From contig NW_026943818.1 in assembly GCF_035594765.1 (NCBI RefSeq), forward strand, positions 34,283,559 to 34,347,558: 64,000 nucleotides of DNA, written 5' to 3'. Shown here piece after piece: positions 1 to 11,917 of the stretch. The stretch comes from Anolis carolinensis. Its lineage: Eukaryota. Both the position numbers and the translations under genes were made by a program. The notes under the pieces are model-generated. The model was not told the origin of the DNA. It saw only the letters and a program-made list of their open reading frames with translations, and did not search any database. Positions within the stretch are counted from its first letter, which is position 1, and every line of letters begins with the position of its first letter.

Positions 1-265
1 CCTCCGTCTCTCCTCAGCGCCGTCACAATGAAACACGCATGCGCACTCTCTCGTTCCCTCTCCTCAGCGTTCTCAATGACGCGCCCTCTCCTTCTCCCCT
101 CAGCGCTCACAATGAAGCACGCATGCGCACTCCCTCCTTCCCTTTCTCAGCGTCGTCTCAATGACGCGCTCTCCTTCTCCCCTCAGCGCCGTCACAATGA
201 AGCACGCATGCGCAAAGAGGGAGAGAGGAAAGCCACGCCCCTTGGCCCCGGCCCCGCCCCCTTTG
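1..265. promoter_or_regulatory. CpG-rich promoter-like segment: three ~85-bp imperfect units each with an NRF1-like ACGCATGCGCA, followed by GCCACGCCC and a GC box; probably the promoter of a gene outside the window
   Basis: cgcatgcgca at ~37, ~120 and ~206; gccacgccc 232-240; ccccgccccc ~252-261; abrupt switch to AT-rich DNA after 270. Confidence 0.45.
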
Positions 266-589
266 GGTAAAAAAGGCTTTTCTATTATAATATTAATATT
301 ATTATTATTATTGTATAGATTGATACCCCGTTTTATATAAGGCATCAAGGAGAAGGCTTTTATCTGTGTTTTCCAGCAAGGCTTTTATCTGTGTTTTGTG
401 CATCTATGATTAATTATTATTAACACTATTATTAATATATCAATATTATTATAACTATTATTACTAATATCAAATAATAATTAATAGATACACAAAAGGC
501 CCCTCATCCTTGACGTATATATATATATATATTGCAAAATTGCACACCAATTTTGCAATAGTCGTATATCTAGATTTTCACGTGTACTG

Positions 590-646
590 TATGTCTATAT
601 GTATGTATAATTGCATATAATTTTAACCATAACCAAAATCCATATA

Positions 647-679
<33 letters not shown>

Positions 680-826
680 TCATTACTATGTATATTTTAT
701 ATGTGTGTATGTATATATTATTGCATATAATTTTAACCATAACCAGAATGCATACATATATATATTCATTACTATGTATGTATATATTATTGCATATAAT
801 TTTAACCATAACCAAATCCATATATA

Positions 827-857
<31 letters not shown>

Positions 858-1002
858 TCATTACTATGTATATTTTATATGTGTGTATGTATATATTATT
901 GCATATAATTTTAACCATAACCAGAATCCATACATATATATATTCATTACTATGTATGTATATATTATTGCATATAATTTTAACCATAACCAAATCCATA
1001 TA

Positions 1003-1035
<33 letters not shown>

Positions 1036-1127
1036 TCATTACTATGTATATTTTATATGTGTGTATGTATATATTATTGCATATAATTTTAACCATAACC
1101 AAAATCCATACATATATATAATTATAT
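590..1127. repeat. AT-rich ~178-bp tandem repeat with (TA)n tracts
   Basis: recurring ttgcatataattttaaccataacca and attcattactatgta; ends at an N gap. Confidence 0.85.
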
Positions 1128-1281
1128 NNNNNNNNNNNNNNNNNNNNNNNNNNNNNNNNNNNNNNNNNNNNNNNNNNNNNNNNNNNNNNNNNNNNNNNNN
1201 NNNNNNNNNNNNNNNNNNNNNNNNNNNNNNNNNNNNNNNNNNNNNNNNNNNNNNNNNNNNNNNNNNNNNNNNNNNNNNNNN
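1128..1281. other. assembly gap (N run)
   Basis: run of n. Confidence 1.
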
Positions 1282-1503
1282 TCTTCTCACCCCGAGGGAG
1301 ACTCAGAGCGGCTTACAAATCAAATGTACATAGCATTAAATTGCATTAAATTGCTATATTGTACTATATCATTATATGGTAATATTATTAGTAACATTAC
1401 ATTTAATGTGTAATATATAATTAATATTATTATATTGTTAGTAATATAATATTACATCATAATATTATTATCAATATTAGGAGTATATACAATATATTAT
1501 ATA

Positions 1504-1642
1504 NNNNNNNNNNNNNNNNNNNNNNNNNNNNNNNNNNNNNNNNNNNNNNNNNNNNNNNNNNNNNNNNNNNNNNNNNNNNNNNNNNNNNNNNNNNNNNNNN
1601 NNNNNNNNNNNNNNNNNNNNNNNNNNNNNNNNNNNNNNNNNN
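1504..1642. other. assembly gap (N run)
   Basis: run of n. Confidence 1.
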
Positions 1643-1759
1643 ATAATATATTATGTAATAGCAATGCTCCTACTACATGAAAGCCTTTGACAACACAATT
1701 GCATTTTTTCACACGTCTAGAAAAAGGGAGACTGTTTCTCTTTTGAATAATTTGCGCAT

Positions 1760-2463
1760 CCAACGTATTAAAAAATCCGATTTATTACTCACTTTTATTA
1801 CAAAACCCATATTCCCTCCAAGGGTGGGGGTCATACATGAAGACAAATATGTCATCGACGAACGTATTGAAAAGACGGGCGAAAGGACGGTCGGCGTTTC
1901 CAAAAGGTGGAGTGACCACTGATTCGAATCTGAGTGATGGACACTCCTCAATTTATTTAGGAAAGGAGGAGGAGACGAGACAAGTCTGGACCAACTGTGT
2001 TTACGTTATGATTCATTGAGACGGTCTGCTAAAAAAATTCCCCAGAATTAATATTTCCACAACGTCAAGATTCAAAAATTGCCAATATCCTGGCCCCGAT
2101 TCGAGCGAAACCAAGTCCAATTCTGAAGGGCTGGCGGTCCGTTTCGGATCGTTTTCGCGACAGGGCAAGACACACAAAAGGAAAACCCGCCCTCCCAGTA
2201 AACCCAGTATCTAAAACCCAGTAAGACAGGGACTGGGGAGGACTCAATTCCCCAATTCCAAGAGTCCTTAGTAATACATACAAGACGAAACCGGACCCTC
2301 GTGTGGGATTCGGAGACGGGATTTTTGTTCGGTGGCGGAGCTCAAATGCAACGCGTCCCGTTGGGCGTTGTTCTCCTGTCCGCAGGTCGGGATCGGAAGA
2401 AGGGGTCGCCGATCGAGACGCGGACAGAACGGGTTCAGAAAGAAGGGCACCATCTTAAGAACT
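1760..2463 (-). other. MBD3: MBD3 terminal non-coding (3'UTR) exon; 3' end approximate
   Basis: minus-strand acceptor ttctttcctccttctag|ag at 2464; minus-strand AATAAA at 1799-1794 and 1786-1781 (another at 1957-1952); matching donor lies 5 nt after the stop codon. Confidence 0.65.
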
Positions 2464-2529
2464 CTAGAAGGAGGAAAGAAGTTGTCTTGAAGCAACAAAA
2501 CAACAACAACAACAACAACAAACTATAGT

Positions 2530-3300
2530 CTGGGCCGCAACACAAATGGGCAGCCAGGACTGGGATGGGCGGAGTTATGAGCTCTGAGACAGGGCTGAGC
2601 TTCTATCCCTGTCAGGCAAGGTATATACAGGCTCAGCCCTGTCTGGCGCTCTTGGGAAGAGGCCCCGCCCCCACCCTAGCCCCGCCCATTAGTCCTAAAA
2701 GGCCTCTCAGGAGAAATATAGAGGCTCAGCCCTGTCTCAGGCTCTTGGAAAGAGGCCCCGCCCCCACACCTAGCCCCACCCTTTAATCCTAAAAGGCCCC
2801 TCAGGAGAGATATAGAGGCTCAGCCCTGTCTCAGGCTCTTGGGAAGAGGCCCTGCCCCCACCCTTAGCCCCTCCCTTTAGTCCCAAAAGGCCTCTCAGGA
2901 GAAATATAGAGGCTCAGCCCTGTCTCAGGCTCTTGGGAAGAGGCCCCGCCCCCACACCTAGCCCCGCCCATTAGTCCTAAAAGGCCTCTCAGGAGAAATA
3001 TAGAGGCTCAGCCCTGTCTCAGGCTCTTGGGAAGAGGCCCCGCCCCCACCCTTAGCCCCTCCCTTTAGTCCCAAAAGGCCTCTCAGGAGAGATATAGAGG
3101 CTCAGCCCTATCTCAGACTCTTGGGAAGAGGCCCCGCCCCCACCCCTAGCCCCGCCCTTTAGTCCTAAAAGGCCTCTCCGGAGAGATATAGAGGCTCAGC
3201 CCTATCTCAGGCTCTTGGGAAGAGGCCCCGCCCTCACCCCTAGCCCCGCCCTTTAGTCCCAAAAGGCCTCTCAGGAGAGATATAGAGGCTCAGCCCTGTA
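2530..3300. repeat. 94-bp GC-box-rich minisatellite (~7 units) plus unique flank, in the MBD3 3'UTR intron; same family as 44980-46075 in inverted orientation
   Basis: unit gaggctcagccctgtctcaggctcttgggaagaggccccgcccccacccctagccccgccctttagtcctaaaaggcctctcaggagagatata, starts at 2721 and 2815. Confidence 0.9.
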
Positions 3301-3337
3301 ACTGTCACCGCCCCCCTGGATCGCTGTATTACCTGGA

Positions 3338-3542
3338 CTATACGCTCTCCGCTTCTGGGACATGCTCCACTTCCTCTTCTTCCTCTTCCTCCTCCTCGTC
3401 CTCCTCACCGTCTTCGGGCCCCCCGACCTTGGCCAGCGGGGCCTCTCCGTCCTTCGCGATCTCCTCCACGTGGGCCAACATGTCGGCCATCAGGGCCTCC
3501 TCCAGGCGCTTCCGCACTTGCTGGACCAGCTCTTCCTGCTTC
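3338..3542 (-). CDS. MBD3: MBD3 coding exon 6 (coiled-coil KQEELVQQVRKRLEEALMADMLAHVEE plus acidic tail), stop TAG
   Basis: translation matches the MBD3 C-terminus; acceptor ctcaacag|g at 3543; TAG at 3340-3338; donor GTAAT at 3332. Confidence 0.96.
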
Positions 3543-4067
3543 CTGTTGAGCGGGAGAAAGAGGAGGCATATTGGAAATAACGGCACCCAGTCTCTGGACA
3601 CATCTCCCTTTGGAAATAAATAAACTTTATTTCAATATGAATCTCCATGAACATGTGGAGACCACCTTTTGAAAACCACTGGTCAAGAAAAGCATCACCT
3701 TGTTAGAAGTGGAGCAAGTGATATTCATAAACATTCATGTAATGGCACACAGGTAACACGGTTGTTAAACTGAAGAACCGTGTCTTTGAACTGCCAAGGA
3801 CATATGCCAACACAATAATATAATGTATATGTATATAATAATAATATTATTTTGTAACACAATATAATACTAATAATACAATATAATAATGTTAATTATA
3901 TATTACATATTACATGTAATATTATTAACAATATTACAATATATAGTACAATATGGTAACTTATTCCCAGTATTGTGCCATGCTAATCATATAATATTGT
4001 ATGTAAATTTAATTTGTAAGCCCTTCGGGATGAGAAGGCCGGGATATAAATGTATTAAATAAATACA

Positions 4068-4350
4068 TATCTCACTTATCCAACGTTCTGGATTGTCCAA
4101 CACATTTTTGTAGTCAATGTTTTCAATATATATGGTGCTAAATTCGTAAATACAGTAAATAACATTACTGCGTATTGGACTACTTTTTTTGTCAAGTTTG
4201 TTGTATAACATGTTTTGGTGTTCAATTTGTAAAATCATAATCTAATTTGATGTTTAATAGGCTTTTCCTTAATCTCTCCTTATTATCCAAGATATTCGCT
4301 TATCCAACGTTCTGCCGGCCCGTTTACGTTGGATAAGTGAGACTCTACTG
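4068..4350. mobile_element. Tc1/mariner-type MITE, left end truncated
   Basis: right TIR gttggataagtgagactctactg followed by TA; same body as the full copies at 28927 and 35119. Confidence 0.75.
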
Positions 4351-5147
4351 TAATAATGTCTATGTATATGCATATAATATTAATAATATTATTTTGTAAT
4401 ACAATATAATACTAATAATACAATATAATAATATTAATTATATATTACATGCAATATTATTACTAATATTACAATATATAGAAATAGTACAATATGGTAA
4501 TTTATTGCCAGTATTGTGCCATGCTAATCATATAATATTAATTATATATTATATATTACATGTAATATTATTAATAATATTACAATATATAGAAATAGTA
4601 CAATATGGTAATTTATTGCCAGTATTGTGCCATGCTAATCATATAATATTAATTATATATTATATATTACAAGTAATATTATTAATAATATTACAATATA
4701 TATAGTACAATATGGTAACTTACTGCCAGTATTGTGCCATGCTAATCATATAATATTGTATGTAAATTTAATTTGTAAGCCCTTCAGGATGAGAAGGGCG
4801 GGATATAAATGTATTAAATAAATATATATACATATATATATTTGGCTAGCAGAGGGTGGTTGTTTCTTTGAAGTTGCAATTGTAATTTCAGTTGGCCTTG
4901 AAACCTCATAGTTTAAAATATGCAGAGATAAAAAAAAGTCTTTTGTGAAAAAATAACATATTTTGTTTACTCGCAAAAATCATCATATAGGCACATTTCT
5001 TATTTAAGTTTAGCTATAGATAGGATGTAGTTTCTATATGTTGACTACACAGGGTATCATTCTCAATCAATAGTCCATAATCTTTAGGTATAGTTGTACT
5101 CACTGAAGTCCATAAGTCATACTTCTGAACTGAAATCCTAACAGCAA

Positions 5148-8100
5148 CATCCACCTCCACTGAGGTGTAAAACAGACAGACATCCACCTCCACTGAGGTG
5201 TAAAACAGACTGACATCCACCTCCACTGAGGTGTAAAACAGACAGACATCCACCTCCACTGAGGTGTAGAACAGACAGACATCCACCTCCACTGAGGTGT
5301 AAAACAGACAGACATCCACCTCCACTGAGGTGTAGAACAGACAGACATCCACCTCCACTGAGGTGTAGAACAGACAGACATCCACCTCCACTGAGGTGCA
5401 AAACAGACAGACATCCACCTCCACTGAGGTGTAAAACAGACAGACATCCACCTCCACTGAGGTGTAAAACAGACAGACATCCACCTCCACTGAGGTGTAA
5501 AACAGACAGACATCCACCTCCACTGAGGTGTAAAACAGACAGACATCCACCTCCACTGAGGTGTAAAACAGACAGACATCCACCTCCACTGAGGTGTAAA
5601 ACAGACTGACATCCACCTCCACTGAGGTGTAAAACAGACAGACATCCACCTCCACTGAGGTGTAGAACAGACAGACATCCACCTCCACTGAGGTGTAAAA
5701 CAGACAGACATCCACCTCCACTGAGGTGTAGAACAGACAGACATCCACCTCCACTGAGGTGCAGAACAGACAGACATCCACCTCCACTGAGGTGCAAAAC
5801 AGACAGACATCCACCTCCACTGAGGTGCAAAACAGACAGACATCCACCTCCACTGAGGTGTAGAACAGACAGACATCCACCTCCACTGAGGTGTAAAACA
5901 GACAGACATCCACCTCCACTGAGGTGTAAAACAGACTGACATCCACCTCCACTGAGGTGTAAAACAGACTGACATCCACCTCCACTGAGGTGTAGAACAG
6001 ACAGACATCCACCTCCACTGAGGTGTAAAACAGACAGACATCCACCTCCACTGAGGTGTAAAACAGACAGACATCCACCTCCACTGAGGTGCAAAACAGA
6101 CAGACATCCACCTCCACTGAGGTGCAAAACAGACAGACATCCACCTCCACTGAGGTGTAGAACAGACAGACATCCACCTCCACTGAGGTGTAAAACAGAC
6201 AGACATCCACCTCCACTGAGGTGTAAAACAGACAGACATCCACCTCCACTGAGGTGCAAAACAGACAGACATCCACCTCCACTGAGGTGCAAAACAGACA
6301 GACATCCACCTCCACTGAGGTGCAAAACAGACAGACATCCACCTCCACTGAGGTGTAAAACAGACAGACATCCACCTCCACTGAGGTGTAAAACAGACAG
6401 ACATCCACCTCCACTGAGGTGCAAAACAGACAGACATCCACCTCCACTGAGGTGCAAAACAGACAGACATCCACCTCCACTGAGGTGCAAAACAGACAGA
6501 CATCCACCTCCACTGAGGTGTAAAACAGACAGACATCCTCCTCCACTGAGGTGTAAAACAGACAGACATCCACCTCCACTGAGGTGTAAAACAGACAGAC
6601 ATCCACCTCCGCTGAGGTGTAAAACAGACAGACATCCACCTCCGCTGAGGTGTAGAACAGACAGACATCCACCTCCACTGAGGTGTAGAACAGACAGACA
6701 TCCACCTCCACTGAGGTGCAAAACAGACAGACATCCACCTCCACTGAGGTGTAAAACAGACAGACATCCACCTCCACTGAGGTGTAAAACAGACAGACAT
6801 CCACCTCCACTGAGGTGTAAAACAGACAGACATCCACCTCCACTGAGGTGTAAAACAGACAGACATCCACCTCCACTGAGGTGTAAAACAGACAGACATC
6901 CACCTCCACTGAGGTGTAAAACAGACTGACATCCACCTCCACTGAGGTGTAAAACAGACAGACATCCACCTCCACTGAGGTGTAGAACAGACAGACATCC
7001 ACCTCCACTGAGGTGTAAAACAGACAGACATCCACCTCCACTGAGGTGTAGAACAGACAGACATCCACCTCCACTGAGGTGTAGAACAGACAGACATCCA
7101 CCTCCACTGAGGTGCAAAACAGACAGACATCCACCTCCACTGAGGTGCAAAACAGACAGACATCCACCTCCACTGAGGTGCAAAACAGACAGACATCCAC
7201 CTCCACTGAGGTGTAAAACAGACTGACATCCACCTCCACTGAGGTGTAAAACAGACTGACATCCACCTCCACTGAGGTGTAGAACAGACAGACATCCACC
7301 TCCACTGAGGTGTAAAACAGACAGACATCCACCTCCACTGAGGTGTAAAACAGACAGACATCCACCTCCACTGAGGTGTAAAACAGACAGACATCCACCT
7401 CCACTGAGGTGCAAAACAGACAGACATCCACCTCCACTGAGGTGCAGAACAGACAGACATCCACCTCCACTGAGGTGTAGAACAGACAGACATCCACCTC
7501 CACTGAGGTGTAAAACAGACTGACATCCACCTCCACTGAGGTGTAAAACAGACTGACATCCACCTCCACTGAGGTGTAGAACAGACAGACATCCACCTCC
7601 ACTGAGGTGTAAAACAGACAGACATCCACCTCCACTGAGGTGTAAAACAGACAGACATCCACCTCCACTGAGGTGTAAAACAGACAGACATCCACCTCCA
7701 CTGAGGTGCAAAACAGACAGACATCCACCTCCACTGAGGTGCAAAACAGACAGACATCCACCTCCACTGAGGTGCAAAACAGACAGACATCCACCTCCAC
7801 TGAGGTGTAAAACAGACAGACATCCACCTCCACTGAGGTGTAAAACAGACAGACATCCACCTCCACTGAGGTGCAAAACAGACAGACATCCACCTCCACT
7901 GAGGTGCAAAACAGACAGACATCCACCTCCACTGAGGTGCAAAACAGACAGACATCCACCTCCACTGAGGTGCAAAACAGACAGACATCCTCCTCCACTG
8001 AGGTGTAAAACAGACAGACATCCACCTCCACTGAGGTGTAAAACAGACAGACATCCACCTCCGCTGAGGTGTAAAACAGACAGACATCCACCTCCGCTGA

Positions 8101-9200
8101 GGTGTAAAACAGACAGACATCCACCTCCGCTGAGGTGTAAAACAGACTGACATCCACCTCCGCTGAGGTGTAAAACAGACTGACATCCACCTCCGCTGAG
8201 GTGTAAAACAGACAGACATCCACCTCCACTGAGGTGTAAAACAGACAGACATCCACCTCCACTGAGGTGTAAAACAGACAGACATCCACCTCCGCTGAGG
8301 TGTAAAACAGACAGACATCCACCTCCGCTGAGGTGTAAAACAGACAGACATCCACCTCCGCTGAGGTGTAAAACAGACAGACATCCACCTCCGCTGAGGT
8401 GTAAAACAGACTGACATCCACCTCCACTGAGGTGTAAAACAGACAGACATCCACCTCCACTGAGGTGTAAAACAGACAGACATCCACCTCCACTGAGGTG
8501 TAAAACAGACAGACATCCACCTCCGCTGAGGTGTAAAACAGACTGACATCCACCTCCGCTGAGGTGTAAAACAGACTGACATCCACCTCCGCTGAGGTGT
8601 AAAACAGACAGACATCCACCTCCGCTGAGGTGTAAAACAGACAGACATCCACCTCCGCTGAGGTGTAAAACAGACAGACATCCACCTCCGCTGAGGTGTA
8701 AAACAGACAGACATCCACCTCCGCTGAGGTGTAAAACAGACAGACATCCACCTCCGCTGAGGTGTAAAACAGACAGACATCCACCTCCGCTGAGGTGTAA
8801 AACAGACAGACATCCACCTCCGCTGAGGTGTAAAACAGACAGACATCCACCTCCACTGAGGTGTAAAACAGACAGACATCCACCTCCACTGAGGTGTAAA
8901 ACAGACTGACATCCACCTCCACTGAGGTGTAAAACAGACTGACATCCACCTCCACTGAGGTGTAAAACAGACATCCACCTCCACTGAGGTGTAAAACAGA
9001 CTGACATCCACCTCCACTGAGGTGTAAAACAGACTGACATCCACCTCCACTGAGGTGTAAAACAGACAGACATCCACCTCCACTGAGGTGTAAAACAGAC
9101 TGACATCCACCTCCACTGAGGTGTAAAACAGACAGACATCCACCTCCACTGAGGTGTAAAACAGACAGACATCCACCTCCACTGAGGTGTAAAACAGACA
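5148..9200. repeat. 33-bp minisatellite, ~122 copies, MBD3 intron 5
   Basis: unit catccacctccactgaggtgtaaaacagacaga; 11-aa periodicity in all three minus-strand frames. Confidence 0.98.
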
Positions 9201-9501
9201 CTGAATACAAAAAGGAGTCCTGAGTCTGAACATGCTCAGTACAATCATATATCTATAACCCCGCCCACACCAAACTGGCAAATCAACATACACATAGAAT
9301 ACAGGTTAGCAAATATATACATTAACAAATAAATAGTGAAAGGCTTGGGAGGTTGCTATTTCCAGCAAGGCATAGGCTCCTGTTGATGCGGTCTAGGATC
9401 GCATTGGTGCCATTTGCTGCTGCATCACACTGTTCGCTAGTGTCCAGCTTGCGTACGTCCTTCTAGCTGAACAACAGGGTAGAGTGTCCCCACCCCAATA
9501 C

Positions 9502-9679
9502 CTGATGTCTTCGTCGGTCACCATGAAGGCCTTGCAGAGGGGCTGGGAGGTGTTCAGCCAGACGCCGGGGTTCTTCTCCACGGCGGCCGACAGCTGACCG
9601 GTGATGGGCATGGTGCTGGTGTGGAGGGCGCTGGCTATGGCCGAGAGGAGGGTCTCGTCCGTGCAGCCAGGCCCCACGC
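9502..9679 (-). CDS. MBD3: MBD3 coding exon 5 (GVGPGCTDETLLSAIASALHTS...VTDEDIR)
   Basis: near-identity to vertebrate MBD3; acceptor cacag|gc and donor ag|gtatt; 178 nt, phases consistent. Confidence 0.97.
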
Positions 9680-9996
9680 CTGTGGGGAGGGGAAGAGGAA
9701 TCGTGTAATGTGACTTCTTCCAAACTAGGCAGTGCTGCAAGCTCATCCCTGGCTTGTTGTTGCGGGATTTGTTATGTATCTTTCCATGCAATACTATAGT
9801 ATCCTTCCATGCAATGTTATTGTATCCTTCCATGCAACCCTATGGAAGACTTCACTGGGAATTTGCTAGGCCATTTAATGGAATGTTATTGTATCTTATC
9901 GTGCAATGTTATAGTATCCTTCCATGCAATATTATTGTTTTCTCCCATGGAATGCTATTGTATCCTTCTATGCAATATTATATCCTTCCATTGTAT

Positions 9997-10146
9997 CAGC
10001 TCGGGTCCACCCTCTTGGAAGATTTCAGCAGGGATCCCATCAGGTCCGCTGGCTTTCCTGTTTTTTTGTTGGCTGATGGCATTGCTGACTTCTTCCAAAC
10101 TAGGCAGTGCTGCAAGCTCATCCCTGGCTTGTTGTTGCGGGATTTG
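9997..10146 (-). mobile_element. RTE-type LINE coding fragment; part of it is duplicated at ~9711-9780
   Basis: reverse complement reads approximately QIPQQQARDELAALPSLEEVSNAISQQK..KASGPDGIPAEIFQEGGPEL, the K-A-x-G-P-D-G-I-P-A-E motif upstream of LINE RT domains. Confidence 0.65.
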
Positions 10147-10284
10147 TTATGTATCCTTCCATGCAACCCTATGGCAGACTTCCCTGGGAATCTGCTAGGT
10201 CCTTTAATGGAATGCTATAGTATCTTTCCATTCACTGCTATTGTATCTTATTGTGTAATGTTATTATATCCTTCCATGAAATAC

Positions 10285-10375
10285 CTTGCAGACCCTTTGG
10301 GAGATCCATTGTTTTGACCAGCTCCTCCGCGATATCGAACGCGTTGAGGCCACTCAGTTTCTTTTCCCAGAAGAG
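10285..10375 (-). CDS. MBD3: MBD3 coding exon 4 (LFWEKKLSGLNAFDIAEELVKTMDLPKGLQ)
   Basis: matches MBD3; acceptor ctcag|ctc, donor g|gtatt; 91 nt. Confidence 0.97.
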
Positions 10376-10419
10376 CTGAGAGAAAAGAGAGAGGATGGCT
10401 TCATAAGACCATCGGTAAG

Positions 10420-11458
10420 GAAAGGGACCCCCAAAGGCCATCTAGATGATCTCATAAGGCCATCAAAAAACCATAGATAAGGAAAGCGACCCTCAAAGTC
10501 CATCTAGATGATCTCATAAGGCCATCAGAAGACCATAGATAAGTAAAGGAACCCTCAAAGGCCTTTTAGACAGTCTCATGGGACCATAGGTAAGGAAAAT
10601 GACCTCCAAAAGCCATCTAGATGGTCTCATAAGTCCGTAGCTAAGCAAAGAGACCTCCAAAGACCATCTAGATGGTCTCATAAGTCCGTAGCTAAGCAAA
10701 GAGACCTCCAAAGACCATCTAGATGGTCTCATGAGTCCGTAGCTAAGCAAAGAGACCTCCAAAGACCATCTAGACAATCTCATAAGTCCATAGCTAAGCA
10801 AAGAGACCTCCAAAGACCATCTGGATGGTCTCATAAGTCCGTAGCTAAGCAAAGAGACCTCCAAAGACCATCTAGATGGTCTCATGAGTCCGTAGCTAAG
10901 CAAAGAGACCTTCAAAGACCATCTAGATGGTCTCATAAGTCCGTAGCTAAGCAAAGAGACCTCCAAAGACCATCTAGATGGTCTCATGAGTCTGTAGCTA
11001 AGCAAAGAGACCTTCAAAGACCATCTAGATGGTCTCATAAGTCCATAGCTTAAAAAAGTGACCTCCAAAGACCATCTGGATGGTCTCATAAGTCCGTAAC
11101 TAAGCAAAGAGACCTCCAAAGACCATCTAGATGGTCTCATGAGTCCGTAGCTAAGCAAAGAGACCTTCAAAGACCATCTAGATGGTCTCATAAGTCCGTA
11201 GCTAAGCAAAGAGACCTTCAAAGACTATCTAGATGGTCTCATAAGTCCGTAGCTAAGCAAAGAGACTTTCAAAGACCATCTAGATGGTCTCATAAGTCCG
11301 TGCTAAGCAAAGAGACTTTCAAAGACCATCTAGATGGTCTCATAAGTCCGTAGCTAAGCAAAGAGACTTTCAAAGACTATCTAGATGGTCTCATAAGTCC
11401 GTAGCTAAGCACAGAGACTTTCAAAGACCATCTAGATGGTCTCATAAGTCCATAGCTT
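10420..11458. repeat. 51-bp palindrome-containing minisatellite (~20 copies), MBD3 intron 3
   Basis: unit agaccatctagatggtctcataagtccgtagctaagcaaagagacctccaa; 17-aa periodicity in the ORF track. Confidence 0.95.
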
Positions 11459-11533
11459 ATGAGGAGGACCGCATCCGGGCTACAGGCCTTAGTTTGTGGA
11501 CCCCTGGACCAATAATATAACACAAGGCCTTAC

Positions 11534-11671
11534 CTGTCTGGGCTGGTCGACCGCTTTCTGGGGGTCGGTCTTCACTTTGTTGCTGGGGTGGTTGGTGATT
11601 TTGGTCACCGGCTGTTTGAAGATAGAAGCCGTCTGCCGGACGGGGAGCGCCGTGTTGAGGTCCGGTTTGCC
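11534..11671 (-). CDS. MBD3: MBD3 coding exon 3 (GKPDLNTALPVRQTASIFKQPVTKITNHPSNKVKTDPQKAVDQPRQ)
   Basis: manual translation matches MBD3; acceptor cttag|ggc, donor cag|gtaag; 138 nt. Confidence 0.97.
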
Positions 11672-11757
11672 CTAAGAAGGAAAACAGGAACGAAATTGGG
11701 GTGAAAAAACTCCACCCACTCCAAGCACCATGGGCGATGCTTCCGGCTGTGGCTCAC

Positions 11758-11917
11758 CTTGGCCTGGCTGGCGCAGTCGTAGCGCATGCGCTGGCGGTTC
11801 TTGTTGACTTTGCTCATGAGCATCTTGCCCGTCCGGAAGTCGAAGGTGCTGAGGTCCATGGAGCTGCCCAGGTAGCGGGCCAGTTGGGGCTTGCTGCGGA
11901 ACTTCTTCCCACTCGGG
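11758..11917 (-). CDS. MBD3: MBD3 coding exon 2 (C-terminal half of the MBD: PSGKKFRSKPQLARYLGSSMDLSTFDFRTGKM...)
   Basis: matches MBD3; acceptor tgcag|c, donor aag|gtgag; 160 nt. Confidence 0.97.

Noticed and set aside
570-1763. Ile/Tyr-rich and X-containing ORFs
   Set aside because: Low-complexity (TA)n repeats and N gaps
5148-9200. CRISPR-like appearance (33-bp palindromic repeat)
   Set aside because: Units are head-to-tail with no unique spacers, there are no cas genes, and the context is eukaryotic
5014-9293. Three ~1350-1400-aa minus-strand ORFs
   Set aside because: Artefact of a stop-free 33-bp unit; all three frames are open, the region is inside MBD3 intron 5, and there is no domain content
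10514-11221. 235-aa 17-residue repeat ORF
   Set aside because: 51-bp intronic minisatellite
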